Positions 47,227-57,540 of a DNA stretch of 64,000 bases are shown piece after piece. How positions within the stretch are numbered: position 1 is the stretch's first letter; each line of letters opens with the position of its first letter. The notes under the pieces are model-generated. The model was not told where the DNA came from, made no database searches, and worked only from the letters and a program-made list of their open reading frames with translations. The position numbers were made by a program, and so were the translations under genes. Source of the stretch: an uncultured Rickettsiales bacterium (GTDB taxonomy: Bacteria; Pseudomonadota; Alphaproteobacteria; Rickettsiales; CANDYO01); contig CAZJZY010000003.1 of assembly GCA_964550685.1 (NCBI GenBank), positions 27,775 to 91,774 on the forward strand, read 5' to 3'.

Positions 47227-47895
47227 TTAGAACTTGTAGGCGATGCCCAACAATACTTCATTAGCGCGTAGTTTACCAGATTTAGTTGTGGTATTGTTAG
47301 CGCTGCGATTTCCAACATGCGCATTACCAAGTTCAACTTTACCTAAGTCAACAAATTGATAACGTAAATCAATATCAAAACTATTGCTTATTGTGTATTT
47401 AGTACCTAAACCAAGTTTATATGCAAAGCCGCTAGTTTTTTTATTATCGAATCCTATTCTATTATCGCTTTTTGAGTCTATTTTTTGTTCGTTCTTAGCT
47501 ATACCTAAGCCAACAGTAACATAAGGATTAAAACCACTTCCTTTTGTAAAGTCATAATATGCGTTTGCCATAGTTACTAAAGAATTAGTTTTTAAATGTC
47601 CTTCGGTAGTTTTGTTCTTTCCTTCTACATAGTTGTGATACATTCTGTAATCTAAGCTTAAGCCTATTCTAAATTGATCAGTAACTTTAGTTCCAATCTC
47701 AGCACCAAATAATGGAGCTATTCCTGGAGACCCATCATAAGAAAAATTAACATTATTAACTTTTGACTCGTATTTTGTATTCATGGCGAGAGATCCACCA
47801 AGATTGAATTGAGCGTAATATTTATTATCTTCTGCGTTTGCAAAGTTTGCTAGAGCTGTTGCTGCTAGTAAGCCTAAAACCAATGACTTTTTCAT
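47227..47895 (-). CDS. Small outer-membrane beta-barrel protein (OMP_b-brl / Omp25-OmpW-like surface antigen type)
   Basis: 222 aa with signal peptide MKKSLVLGLLAATALANFANA, alternating amphipathic strands and a terminal ...GIAYKF. Confidence 0.75.
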   Translation of the reverse strand: MKKSLVLGLLAATALANFANAEDNKYYAQFNLGGSLAMNTKYESKVNNVNFSYDGSPGIAPLFGAEIGTKVTDQFRIGLSLDYRMYHNYVEGKNKTTEGHLKTNSLVTMANAYYDFTKGSGFNPYVTVGLGIAKNEQKIDSKSDNRIGFDNKKTSGFAYKLGLGTKYTISNSFDIDLRYQFVDLGKVELGNAHVGNRSANNTTTKSGKLRANEVLLGIAYKF

Positions 47896-48010
47896 GAAAA
47901 TACCTTCTTAAAAATTAATAAATAAAATAACTTATATTATTTTATTAAAGTAATTTATAATTAAATTTTTAATAAAAGTCAATATTTAAAGCGATACAAA
48001 AGATTAATTT

Positions 48011-51000
48011 TTATTTTCTTTTGAGGTTTATTTTTAAGTCTACTCCATTGATTTCTGAAATATTTTTGCAATCCTTGAAATCCAATTTAAATTTCTTACC
48101 CAAATCAATTAATACTTCATGATTATTATCGGTAAGAATTTTTAGATTAATGGCGGTTTTTCCTTCTTCTTTTAAGGATAAGATTTCTTGTAGTTTAGCG
48201 ATAACAGTTTTTTCTTTAATTGTTAGATCCAGGCTTTGTAATCTTTCACTCAAATAATCATCAAGCGGAATAACTGTTTGTCCAGTGGCTCTAATTCCAC
48301 CTTCATCTTTACGTATTTCAGCTTTTATCATTAGAGGAATATTTTGTTCAAATAATTTTGCAACTAACTGAAGCAGATCATTATCAAAGAAAGAAATTTC
48401 TATGCTACCAAATCTATCAGAAAGAATGGTCTGTAAATATCTCCCTTTGGGTGATACTTTTGCTTTGCTACTAATTATCATTCCTGCTAATTCCACCATC
48501 GTGTAACCGGTAGGGTGTTCTTCTTTTAGATATTCACTAGTAATTATATCGCTTTGTTCTAAAATATCTTGATAGTAATCTAACGGATGAGATGAGAGAT
48601 AAAATCCAAGGGCTTCAAATTCATAAATTACCTTATCTTTATCTAGCCAATCAGCAATTTTAGATAAGGTAGGTTTATATTGCTCTTTAACATTACTACC
48701 AAATAATCCAATCTGTGAGCTTTGCTTTTCTCTGGCTAAAATATTGTTATAATTGGTCAATATGTCGATGGATATAAATAACTGTTGTCTATTAGAATTA
48801 AGACTATCAAATGCTCCAACTTTAATTAAACTCTCTAACAAGCGTTTATTGAGAATTTTAGCATTTACTCTGCTAGCAAAGTCAAAAATATCTTTGAATA
48901 AACCATGTTCTTCTCTTTCTGCGCATAGTAATTCAACAGCTTGAACTCCAACATTTTTTAAACCACCAAGGCCGTAACGAATAGCTCCATTTTCTATTGA
49001 AAAATGGCTATTTGAAAAATTAACATCTGGAGGTAAAATGTTAATAGCAAAATTTTTAGCTTCTTGTTGAAAGATATTTAGTTTGTCAGTATCATCTATT
49101 TCCAGATTTAGAGAGGCAGTTAAAAATTCCAATGGATAATTAGCTTTAAGGTAAGCTGTTTGATAAGAGATTAGACCATAAGCTGCAGCATGAGCTTTGT
49201 TAAACCCATAGCCTGCAAATTTAGCTACTAAATCAAAAATGCCACTAGCTTGAGATTCATCAATACCATTTTTAATAGCTCCTGAAACAAAAATTTGTCT
49301 CTGGTCATCCATTTCAGCTTTAATTTTTTTACCCATTGCTCTACGAAGCAAATCAGCAGAGCCAAGACTATAGCCGCCCATAATTTGGGCAATTTGCATA
49401 ACTTGTTCTTGATAGATAATAACTCCAAAGGTTTCTTTTAAAACACCTTCTAATGTAGGATGAAGGTAGTCTGGTTGTTGTACCCCATGTTTACAGGCAA
49501 TATAAGTTGGTATATTATCCATTGGACCCGGGCGATATAAAGCTCCCAAAGCTATTATGTCTTCAAAACTATCGGGACGCATTTTACGAAGTGCATCTTT
49601 CATTCCTGAGCTTTCAAATTGGAATACTCCAGTTGAAAGACCTTTTCCTAGCATTGCAAAAACATTAGGATTGTCTAAAGGAATGTTATTTATATCAAAA
49701 CCTGGATTATTCTTCCGAATTAACTTGCTGGCATCATCTATCACTGTAAGGGTTTTTAAGCCCAGAAAGTCAAACTTCATTAATCCCGCTAATTCTCCAT
49801 ATTTCATTGAATATTGGATCACCAACATATTAGATTTATCATCAGCATAAAGCGGAACCAGTTCTTCTAGTGGCTTATCGGCAATCACCACTCCAGCAGC
49901 ATGGGTGGAAGCATGACGATGCAATCCTTCTAATTGTAGAGCAATGCTTAGCAATTTCTCTATTGCTGGATCTTCTTTTTGAGCTTGCCTTAGCAATGGC
50001 TCCATTTCAATTGCTTGCCCTAAAGTTACTGGGTTTACTGCATTAAATGGTACTAATTTAGAAATTCGATCAACTTGAGAATAAGGCAGCTGAAGCACTC
50101 TTCCAACATCTCGAAGTACTGCTCTAGCTTGCAATTTACCAAAAGTGATAATTTGAGCTACTCTGTCTGCGCCATATCTTTCTTGCACATATTTGATTAC
50201 TTCATCACGACGGTTCTGACAAAAGTCTATATCAAAATCTGGCATCGAAATTCTTTCAGGATTTAAAAATCTTTCAAATAAAAGCCCAAATCTTATGGGG
50301 TCAAGATCTGTGATATATAGGCTCCAAGCTACAACCGAACCAGCTCCAGAACCTCTTCCTGGCCCAACTGGAATACCATTTTTCTTGCTCCATTTTATAA
50401 AATCAGAGACTATAAGAAAATATCCAGGAAAACCCATTTTGGCTATTACATTCAACTCAAATTCTAATCTATCAAAATATACTGACTTATCACCTTGAAA
50501 ATTAAGTAATCTTTGCTCTAAGCCTTCTCTGGCTTGTTTAATTAATTCTTCTCCTTCATTATCCCCAGTTTTAGGTAGCATCGGGTCTCTTGATTTTGCC
50601 ATCACCGCGCAGCGCTTAGCTATAACATTAGTATTATTTATTGCTTCTGGTAAATCTGAGAAAAGATAATCCATCTCTAAGCTTGATTTAAAATAATGTT
50701 GAGGAGTGAATTTTTTAGACCCTTCATCATCTGAATATTTTCCTTCAGAGATGCAAGTTAGAATGTGATGAGCCTCATGCATTTTTTTATCAGCAAACAT
50801 CACATCGTTAGTGGCAACGATTGGAATGTCATTTTCATAAGCTAGTTCTAGAAAATAATCTTCTGTTTTAATTTCTTCTGCAAGTCCATGACGCATAATC
50901 TCTAAATAAAAACGATTAGAAAATATTTCCTTTAATTTTAGACAATATGCTTTAGCAAATGCTTTGCTATTCTGCAAAATTGCTTGCCCCACTGGACCAG

Positions 51001-51403
51001 TATGCCCACCACTTAAGCAAATTAAACCATCATTATAATTTTCTAAATCTTCAAGTTTAATATGGCTCATGTGATGATCATATTTAACTAAGAAAGATTT
51101 GCTTACCAGTTTCAGAAGATTTTTAAATCCTTGCTCATTCTGCGCCAGTAAAACTATTTTACTTAATTCGGTATCTGGAACCTGCATGTCAAGCAGGATA
51201 ACGCAGCCCATAATTGGCTGGATTCCAGCTTTTATGGCTGCTAAAGAAAACTCTAAAGAGCAGAATAAATTACCAGTATCAGTAACTGCCAAAGCAGGCA
51301 TGCGGTTTTTCTTAACCAAATCAATTAAATCCTCAATTTTTATTGCTCCTTCGGAAAGCGAGAAGGAAGTATGACAACGAAGATGAATAAAATTTTTAGC
51401 CAT
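48011..51403 (-). CDS. dnaE: DNA polymerase III alpha subunit
   Basis: 1130 aa with an N-terminal PHP domain (FIHLRCHTSFSLSEGA), PDFDIDF catalytic motif, GLLKFDFLGLKTLT and the YGFNKAHAAAY region. Confidence 0.97.
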   Translation of the reverse strand: MAKNFIHLRCHTSFSLSEGAIKIEDLIDLVKKNRMPALAVTDTGNLFCSLEFSLAAIKAGIQPIMGCVILLDMQVPDTELSKIVLLAQNEQGFKNLLKLVSKSFLVKYDHHMSHIKLEDLENYNDGLICLSGGHTGPVGQAILQNSKAFAKAYCLKLKEIFSNRFYLEIMRHGLAEEIKTEDYFLELAYENDIPIVATNDVMFADKKMHEAHHILTCISEGKYSDDEGSKKFTPQHYFKSSLEMDYLFSDLPEAINNTNVIAKRCAVMAKSRDPMLPKTGDNEGEELIKQAREGLEQRLLNFQGDKSVYFDRLEFELNVIAKMGFPGYFLIVSDFIKWSKKNGIPVGPGRGSGAGSVVAWSLYITDLDPIRFGLLFERFLNPERISMPDFDIDFCQNRRDEVIKYVQERYGADRVAQIITFGKLQARAVLRDVGRVLQLPYSQVDRISKLVPFNAVNPVTLGQAIEMEPLLRQAQKEDPAIEKLLSIALQLEGLHRHASTHAAGVVIADKPLEELVPLYADDKSNMLVIQYSMKYGELAGLMKFDFLGLKTLTVIDDASKLIRKNNPGFDINNIPLDNPNVFAMLGKGLSTGVFQFESSGMKDALRKMRPDSFEDIIALGALYRPGPMDNIPTYIACKHGVQQPDYLHPTLEGVLKETFGVIIYQEQVMQIAQIMGGYSLGSADLLRRAMGKKIKAEMDDQRQIFVSGAIKNGIDESQASGIFDLVAKFAGYGFNKAHAAAYGLISYQTAYLKANYPLEFLTASLNLEIDDTDKLNIFQQEAKNFAINILPPDVNFSNSHFSIENGAIRYGLGGLKNVGVQAVELLCAEREEHGLFKDIFDFASRVNAKILNKRLLESLIKVGAFDSLNSNRQQLFISIDILTNYNNILAREKQSSQIGLFGSNVKEQYKPTLSKIADWLDKDKVIYEFEALGFYLSSHPLDYYQDILEQSDIITSEYLKEEHPTGYTMVELAGMIISSKAKVSPKGRYLQTILSDRFGSIEISFFDNDLLQLVAKLFEQNIPLMIKAEIRKDEGGIRATGQTVIPLDDYLSERLQSLDLTIKEKTVIAKLQEILSLKEEGKTAINLKILTDNNHEVLIDLGKKFKLDFKDCKNISEINGVDLKINLKRK

Positions 51404-51506
51404 TGGAAATAGATATAATCCTGATAATGTATTTTTAGAAGTATATCCATTTAGGATTAAAATACTAGAGGCAACTGTTTATTTTTCAGGCAATTTTTCC
51501 TAGATA

Positions 51507-51535
51507 TTGACTATTTAAGCGTAATCTAATATATT
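51507..51535 (+). promoter_or_regulatory. Candidate sigma70-type promoter for trhO
   Basis: TTGACT (51507..51512), a 17-nt spacer, then TATATT (51530..51535), about 36 nt upstream of the trhO ATG. Confidence 0.3.
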
Positions 51536-51571
51536 GATCGCTAAACTATATTAATCTAAAAATCTAAAAAT

Positions 51572-52420
51572 ATGCATACAGATATTCAAAGCACAGAGCC
51601 AGTAATTATCACCACTTTCTATCACTTTATCAATTTTCATAATTTTGAGGATATGAAAGAGCCTTTATTAGCTTTTTGTAAGAAAAATGAGCTGAAAGGT
51701 ACTATATTACTTGCTAGAGAGGGAATTAATTCTACTATTTCTGGACCAAGAGAAGGAATTGATAATTTATATGTATATTTAAAAGAAGATCTTGGAATTG
51801 ATAATTTAGTTTATAAAGAAAGCATCAATGATGCATTACCTTTTCAGAAAATGAAAGTAAATTTAAAGAAAGAGATAGTTGCTTTGGGTGTTGAAAATTT
51901 AGATGTTGAAAACTTAAAAGGTGATTATATAAAGCCGCAAGATTGGGATAATTTTATTGCCCAAGAAGATGTGCTTGTTGTTGATACGCGGAATAAATAT
52001 GAAACTTTACTTGGTAGTTTTAATGGTGCAATTGACCCAAAAACAGATACATTTAGACAATTTCCAAAGTGGGTTAAGGAAAACTTAAATCATATAGATA
52101 AAAATAAGAAAATTGCTATGTTTTGTACAGGTGGTGTGCGATGTGAAAAATCTACAGCCTATATGAAGTCACAAGGATTTAATAATGTATATCATCTTGA
52201 AGGTGGAATTTTAAAATATTTTGAAGATACCGAGGCAAAAGCTTGGCATGGCAGTTGCTTTGTTTTTGATGATAGGGTAGCATTAGATAAAAAGCTAATG
52301 GCAGATAAAGATATTCATTGTGTAAAATGTGATAAAAACATGGACACAGATGATGTGCGTAGATCTTCTTTAGCAGAGCAAATGACTTGTATAAAATGTG
52401 TTGATCATCATGCAGAATAA
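51572..52420 (+). CDS. trhO: Rhodanese-domain protein of the UPF0176/YceA family (tRNA U34 hydroxylase TrhO)
   Basis: 282 aa with the rhodanese active-site loop MFCTGGVRCEK and a C-terminal Cys cluster. Confidence 0.85.
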   Translation: MHTDIQSTEPVIITTFYHFINFHNFEDMKEPLLAFCKKNELKGTILLAREGINSTISGPREGIDNLYVYLKEDLGIDNLVYKESINDALPFQKMKVNLKKEIVALGVENLDVENLKGDYIKPQDWDNFIAQEDVLVVDTRNKYETLLGSFNGAIDPKTDTFRQFPKWVKENLNHIDKNKKIAMFCTGGVRCEKSTAYMKSQGFNNVYHLEGGILKYFEDTEAKAWHGSCFVFDDRVALDKKLMADKDIHCVKCDKNMDTDDVRRSSLAEQMTCIKCVDHHAE

Positions 52421-53258
52421 AAACACTCACATTATTGTTATTGGTAATGAAAAGGGTGGAGCTGGCAAAACCACCACTTCAATGCATTTAATTTCTTCCT
52501 TATTGCATTTAGGATTTAAGGTGAGTTCCTTTGATGCTGATTGTAGGCAGCAATCTTTATCACGCTATTTAGAAAATAGAACTAAGCATTCACAAAAACA
52601 CAATATAACTCTAAAAATGCCAAAGCATTTTATTTTAGCAGAATCAACTGACCGTGAAGTTGAGCAAAGACAAATTCAAGATCATCAGCAATTAAAAGAA
52701 TTAGTTGAAAAAGAATTATCTTCTGCTGATATGCCTGACTTTATCATTATTGATACTCCGGGAAGCAATACTTATCTTTCAAATTATGCTCATTCAGTGG
52801 CTGATACTATAATTACTCCTATAAATGACAGCTTTCTAGATTTAGATGTTATTGCTCAAATTGAAGCAGATACTTTAAAAATTATTCGCCCAAGTTTTTA
52901 TGCTCAATCTATTTGGGAGCAGAAAATGGAGAAAGCAAAGCGTTCTAAAGGGGAGATCAATTGGGTGGTTGTGCGTAATCGTCTTAGTGCTATTGATGCT
53001 AAAAATAAACAGAAAATGTCTGAAGTGTTAGATAAACTTTCAGCAAGATTAGGCTTTAAAGTGGCATCTGGCTTTAATGAAAGGGTTATTTATCGTGAAT
53101 TATTTTTGCATGGCTTAACCTTGCTTGATGTGAAACAGGGGGTGATGGAAATTACGATGAATTTATCACATATTGCTGCGAAGCAAGAATTGAATAATTT
53201 ACTGCGTCAAATCAATGTAGCAAAGTTAAATGAAGCTTTGTTAGCTTTAGAAAGATAA
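52410..53258 (+). CDS. ParA/MinD-superfamily ATPase of the MipZ type
   Basis: Deviant Walker A VIGNEKGGAGKTTTSMH, length about 280 aa, DADCRQQSL and IIDTPG motifs. ATG at 52410 overlaps the trhO end; the track ORF starts at an upstream GTG (52398). Confidence 0.78.
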   Translation: MQNKNTHIIVIGNEKGGAGKTTTSMHLISSLLHLGFKVSSFDADCRQQSLSRYLENRTKHSQKHNITLKMPKHFILAESTDREVEQRQIQDHQQLKELVEKELSSADMPDFIIIDTPGSNTYLSNYAHSVADTIITPINDSFLDLDVIAQIEADTLKIIRPSFYAQSIWEQKMEKAKRSKGEINWVVVRNRLSAIDAKNKQKMSEVLDKLSARLGFKVASGFNERVIYRELFLHGLTLLDVKQGVMEITMNLSHIAAKQELNNLLRQINVAKLNEALLALER

Positions 53259-53259
53259 A

Positions 53260-54348
53260 ATGACAGATGTTTTTCAAACATCACTTCAATCAATAGAATT
53301 ATATAATTTTCGCAATCATAATAGCATTAAATTTTTAGACTTGGGGCCTGAATCTATAGTTATCACAGGCAAGAACGGTATTGGTAAGACCAATATTTTA
53401 GAAGCAATATCTTTGCTTACCTCCTCTAAAGGGCTAAGGGGAGCAAAAATTTCTGAATTGAATAATCAATCTAATCCGTCGCATATGTGGAGAATTACAG
53501 CTCAGGTGAGAAGCATATATGGCTTAAAAGAAATTTCTACTCAGCGCGTTATTAAACCTAATAATAAAAATGACAGTAGAGTTGTGCATATAGATGGCCA
53601 GCCAATTAAAAAAAAAGCTGAGTTATCTGAAATTATAAGAGTGGTGTGGCTAACTCCACCGATGCAGCAATTATTTATTGGTTCTAGTGGTGATAGGCGT
53701 AATTTTTTTGACCAGATAGTGTGTAATTTTTTTCCATCACATAGTAGCCATCTAAGTAAGTATGAGCAATCCACTAGAGAAAGATTAAAACTCTTAAAAA
53801 ATCAACAGAATGATGATCATTGGCTTTCGGCTTTAGAACAAAATATGTGGAACATGGGAGGAGAAATTAGCGATGCAAGAATGAAAACTCTTGGGCTATT
53901 AAATAAAGCAATTGAAGTTAATGAAACTCCATTTCCTAAAGGTATACTTACACTCATAAACGAACCAATTCCAGCTGATTATCCTTTAAGGATAAAAAAA
54001 AATAGGGCTTTAGATGCCGCTTCTGGTAGAACTAATTTGGGGCCACATTTATTTGATTTAGAAGTGACATATAAAACTAAAAATATGCTGGCAAAATTTT
54101 GCTCCACAGGTGAGCAGAAAGCTTTATTGCTCAATATAATTTTAGCCCAAGTTTACGCTCTAATCAATAAACATAAATCGACCCCAGTGTTGCTATTTGA
54201 TGAGATAGTTTCCCATTTAGATAGAGCCAATAGAGCTTTATTATTCGAGCAGATATTATCTATTGGTGCGCAGAGCTGGCTTACTGGAGTCGACCAAAAG
54301 TCTTTTGAAGTGGTGGGAAGTCATATGAGTTTTCTAAGCTTTCCTTAA
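53260..54348 (+). CDS. recF: DNA replication and repair protein RecF
   Basis: 362 aa with Walker A GKNGIGKTNILEAI, SMC signature FCSTGEQKALLL and Walker B LLFDEIVSHLD. Confidence 0.92.
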   Translation: MTDVFQTSLQSIELYNFRNHNSIKFLDLGPESIVITGKNGIGKTNILEAISLLTSSKGLRGAKISELNNQSNPSHMWRITAQVRSIYGLKEISTQRVIKPNNKNDSRVVHIDGQPIKKKAELSEIIRVVWLTPPMQQLFIGSSGDRRNFFDQIVCNFFPSHSSHLSKYEQSTRERLKLLKNQQNDDHWLSALEQNMWNMGGEISDARMKTLGLLNKAIEVNETPFPKGILTLINEPIPADYPLRIKKNRALDAASGRTNLGPHLFDLEVTYKTKNMLAKFCSTGEQKALLLNIILAQVYALINKHKSTPVLLFDEIVSHLDRANRALLFEQILSIGAQSWLTGVDQKSFEVVGSHMSFLSFP

Positions 54349-54454
54349 GGTATTTTATGGATACTTGTATTTCTGGCAAAATTACATTAAGATCTTCTAT
54401 TGCTATGAAGTATTTCTTGTTGAGTTAAATTATGGTTAATTATGAGAGTGGTAA

Positions 54455-55528
54455 ATGAAGTTAGTGAATAGCTATCTTAGTAGGAGTATTGCCCATCCAA
54501 CTGCTTCTATTATGATAATTCTTAGTGCAATTATTCTTCTAACTCAATCTCTAAAATATATTGATTTGGTGGTTACTCACGGAATAAGCAGTTTAGATTT
54601 TTTATATTTATCTATTTTGTTGTTGCCGTCCTTATTATTTGTAATTATTCCAATTTGTTTATTTATAGCAATTCTTTATAGTTTAAATAAACTAAACGCG
54701 CATCGTGAACTTAATATTTTAAAAGGTTTTGGATTAAGTAATTTTGTTATTGCAAAGCCTGTTTTAAAAATTGCCTTAATTGTAACCTTATTTCATTATT
54801 TTGTTGCACTCTATTGGATGCCGGAGGTAAACCATAAATTTAAAGATCTTATGGTGCATGTAAAAGAGAGTTATGTAAGTTTTTTTCTTCAAGAAAAAGT
54901 TTTTAATCATCCTTCTAATGATTTAACTTTTTATATTAAAAATAAAATTGGTAATAATCAATTTGAACATATCTTTTTTCAAGATAAAAATAAGGGCGCT
55001 CCTGTAACTATTATAGCTAAATCAGGGAAAATAATTAAAAAAAATAACCAAATATTTCTAAATTTGACCGATGGAAATCGTCAAGAACTAACTAAAAATG
55101 GTGAACTAAATATATTAAATTTTGATACATTATTATGGCAATTAGATTCAAAGAATTCATCAGAAGGGGAAAGGTCTATAAGTATTCAAGAGAAGCACTT
55201 GCCTGAATTATTGTTTAATGATTTACCAAAAGATTCTAATTTAAAGAAGAAGATGTTTGCTGAAGCTAATCAAAGAATAATTTTGCCTTTTTATAATATA
55301 ATTTTAACTTTATTAGCAATCTCAGCTTTATTGCAAGGAGAATTTAATCGTTCAGGTAAGAGCAAAAAAATTATAATGTTTTCAATATTAGCTGGAGCTT
55401 CGGTAATTATAAATACTAGCTTAATTAACTTAAGCTCTAATTATATGGGCGTTATTGCTTTAAGCTATTTATTTACTTTTTTTATATTTGGAACCTTAAT
55501 ATACTTTCTATTTTATAAGGATGTATAG
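54455..55528 (+). CDS. LptF/LptG-family lipopolysaccharide export permease (YjgP/YjgQ)
   Basis: 357 aa: three N-terminal TM segments, a periplasmic beta-jellyroll-like insert, then three C-terminal TM segments. Confidence 0.8.
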   Translation: MKLVNSYLSRSIAHPTASIMIILSAIILLTQSLKYIDLVVTHGISSLDFLYLSILLLPSLLFVIIPICLFIAILYSLNKLNAHRELNILKGFGLSNFVIAKPVLKIALIVTLFHYFVALYWMPEVNHKFKDLMVHVKESYVSFFLQEKVFNHPSNDLTFYIKNKIGNNQFEHIFFQDKNKGAPVTIIAKSGKIIKKNNQIFLNLTDGNRQELTKNGELNILNFDTLLWQLDSKNSSEGERSISIQEKHLPELLFNDLPKDSNLKKKMFAEANQRIILPFYNIILTLLAISALLQGEFNRSGKSKKIIMFSILAGASVIINTSLINLSSNYMGVIALSYLFTFFIFGTLIYFLFYKDV

Positions 55529-57001
55529 ATGGTATTTAAAAATTTAAATGAATTTATAGATTATTTAGAAAGTGCAGGAGAACTAAAGCGAGTTAAGATT
55601 CCTGTTTCTACTGTTTTAGAAATGACTGAAATTCAGCGCCGCTTATTAAAAACCGAAGGTCCAGCAATCTTATTTGAGAAAGTTACTACGGAAAATGGTG
55701 CGAATTTGATGCCTGTAGTGGTTAATTTATTTGGTACTGTAAGGCGTATTGCTCTAGCTCTTAATAGCACTCCTGAAGAATTAAGGAAAATTGGTCAAAC
55801 TTTGGCCTTTCTAAAACAGCCTGAACCTCCTGGCGGTTGGAAAGAAGCTTTTGCAATGATGCCGATTTTAAAAACTATTTTTGCTATGAAACCCAATTTA
55901 GTTTCTAAAGCCCCATGCCAAGAAATTATTTTAACTGGTGAACAAATTGATTTAAAGCTTCTGCCTATTCAAACTTGTTGGCCTAATGAGCCTGCGCCTC
56001 TGATTACTTGGCCTCTAGTGGTCACTAAAGATAAAAATAGCGGAAAAATAAATGACTATAATCTAGGAATTTATAGGATGCAAGTAGTGGATAATAAAAC
56101 CACTATAATGCGTTGGTTAAAACATCGTGGAGGGGCTGGGCATTACAATGGATATGTTCAAGGCGAAAAAATGCCAGTAGCTGTGGTAATTGGTGCAGAT
56201 CCTGGAACAATACTTGCAGCTGTAACTCCAGTTCCAGAAACTATTTCTGAATATCAGTTCGCTGGGTTTTTGCGTAATAAAGCAGTTGACTTAGTTGATT
56301 GCAAAACCATTCCTCTGAAAGTGCCGGCTGAGGCTGAAATTATTTTAGAAGGCTATATAAATCCTGGAGAGGTGTTGCCGGAGGGGCCATATGGTGATCA
56401 TACTGGCTATTATAATGATATAGAAGAATTTCCAGTATTTCATATTACTGCAATTACCATGCGTAAAAAGGCAGTTTATCTTAGCACTTTTACCGGGCGC
56501 CCACCTGATGAGCCTTCAGTTCTAGGGGTGGCTTTAAATGAGATTTTTATCCCAATAATAAAACAACAATTTCCTGAAATAATAGATTTTTATCTACCTC
56601 AAGAAGGGTGTTCTTATCGAATAGCGATAGTTTCAATTAAGAAGTCATACCCTGGGCATGCTAAGCGAATTATGATGGGAATTTGGTCTTTTTTACCGCA
56701 ATTCATATATACAAAATTTATTTATGTGGTGGATGATGATATTGATTGTCGTGATTGGAAAGATGTGATGTGGGCAGTTTCAACGAGAATGGATCCAGTT
56801 CGAGATATTACAACCATTTCCAATACACCTATCGACTATTTAGATTTTGCTTCTCCTGATTCTGGATTGGGTGGAAAAATTGGCTTTGATGCTACCAATA
56901 AAATTCCCCCTGAGACGAATAGAAATTGGGGAAAAGGATTATCAATGAGCAAAGAAATAAAAGAATTAGTTGATAAAAAATGGGATCAATATGATATATA
57001 G
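55529..57001 (+). CDS. ubiD: UbiD-family (de)carboxylase (4-hydroxy-3-polyprenylbenzoate decarboxylase)
   Basis: 490 aa with NLGIYRMQV, EGPYGDHTGYY and GGKIGFDAT motifs. Confidence 0.9.
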   Translation: MVFKNLNEFIDYLESAGELKRVKIPVSTVLEMTEIQRRLLKTEGPAILFEKVTTENGANLMPVVVNLFGTVRRIALALNSTPEELRKIGQTLAFLKQPEPPGGWKEAFAMMPILKTIFAMKPNLVSKAPCQEIILTGEQIDLKLLPIQTCWPNEPAPLITWPLVVTKDKNSGKINDYNLGIYRMQVVDNKTTIMRWLKHRGGAGHYNGYVQGEKMPVAVVIGADPGTILAAVTPVPETISEYQFAGFLRNKAVDLVDCKTIPLKVPAEAEIILEGYINPGEVLPEGPYGDHTGYYNDIEEFPVFHITAITMRKKAVYLSTFTGRPPDEPSVLGVALNEIFIPIIKQQFPEIIDFYLPQEGCSYRIAIVSIKKSYPGHAKRIMMGIWSFLPQFIYTKFIYVVDDDIDCRDWKDVMWAVSTRMDPVRDITTISNTPIDYLDFASPDSGLGGKIGFDATNKIPPETNRNWGKGLSMSKEIKELVDKKWDQYDI

Positions 57002-57157
57002 CGCCATCTATACTGCCAGTACTTTTCTAGACAAATGCTAGAAAAAAGATAAATATCCAAAAATCTTAGCTCTTATTCAGATCCAATCATAAGGAAGATA
57101 AACTTTTCATAAGCCATTATTTGCAACTTAAGAAAAATATATGCGCAAGTTTTTAGC

Positions 57158-57418
57158 TCAAAGAACAGATAACCATTCCATATATTTATCAATAAATTTT
57201 GATAGTTGTCCATGTTCAATGATATAAACTAAATATATAGTTATAAAAAATGATATAATTGTTGTGATAGTCACTTTTACTCCTAAATATGGATGGTTTG
57301 GAGCTCCAGAATCATAACCAAGCTTTGAAGGAGAAATAGTTTTGATGCTAAATGGTAAAACCATATAAAAAATTACCCACCATACACAAGTAAATACCAC
57401 AATATAAGAAATAAGCAT
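57158..57418 (-). CDS. DUF1467-family small membrane protein
   Basis: 86 aa with two TM segments flanking the GAPNHPYLG motif, as in the alphaproteobacterial DUF1467 family. Confidence 0.7.
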   Translation of the reverse strand: MLISYIVVFTCVWWVIFYMVLPFSIKTISPSKLGYDSGAPNHPYLGVKVTITTIISFFITIYLVYIIEHGQLSKFIDKYMEWLSVL

Positions 57419-57540
57419 TTTTTGCCTCCAGAAAATCTATAATAAAAATATATCAAAATAGTTTTAAAGAAAAGGAAACATTTGAAACTTTCAAGTAATT
57501 GCTTTAGTTTGTTATTATTAGAATTTTTTAAGAAAAATAT

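Noticed and set aside
48753-51374. Six short ORFs antisense to, or nested in, dnaE (48753, 49228, 49557, 50075, 50295, 51099)
   Set aside because: All lie inside the 1130-aa dnaE ORF, which has canonical motifs throughout.
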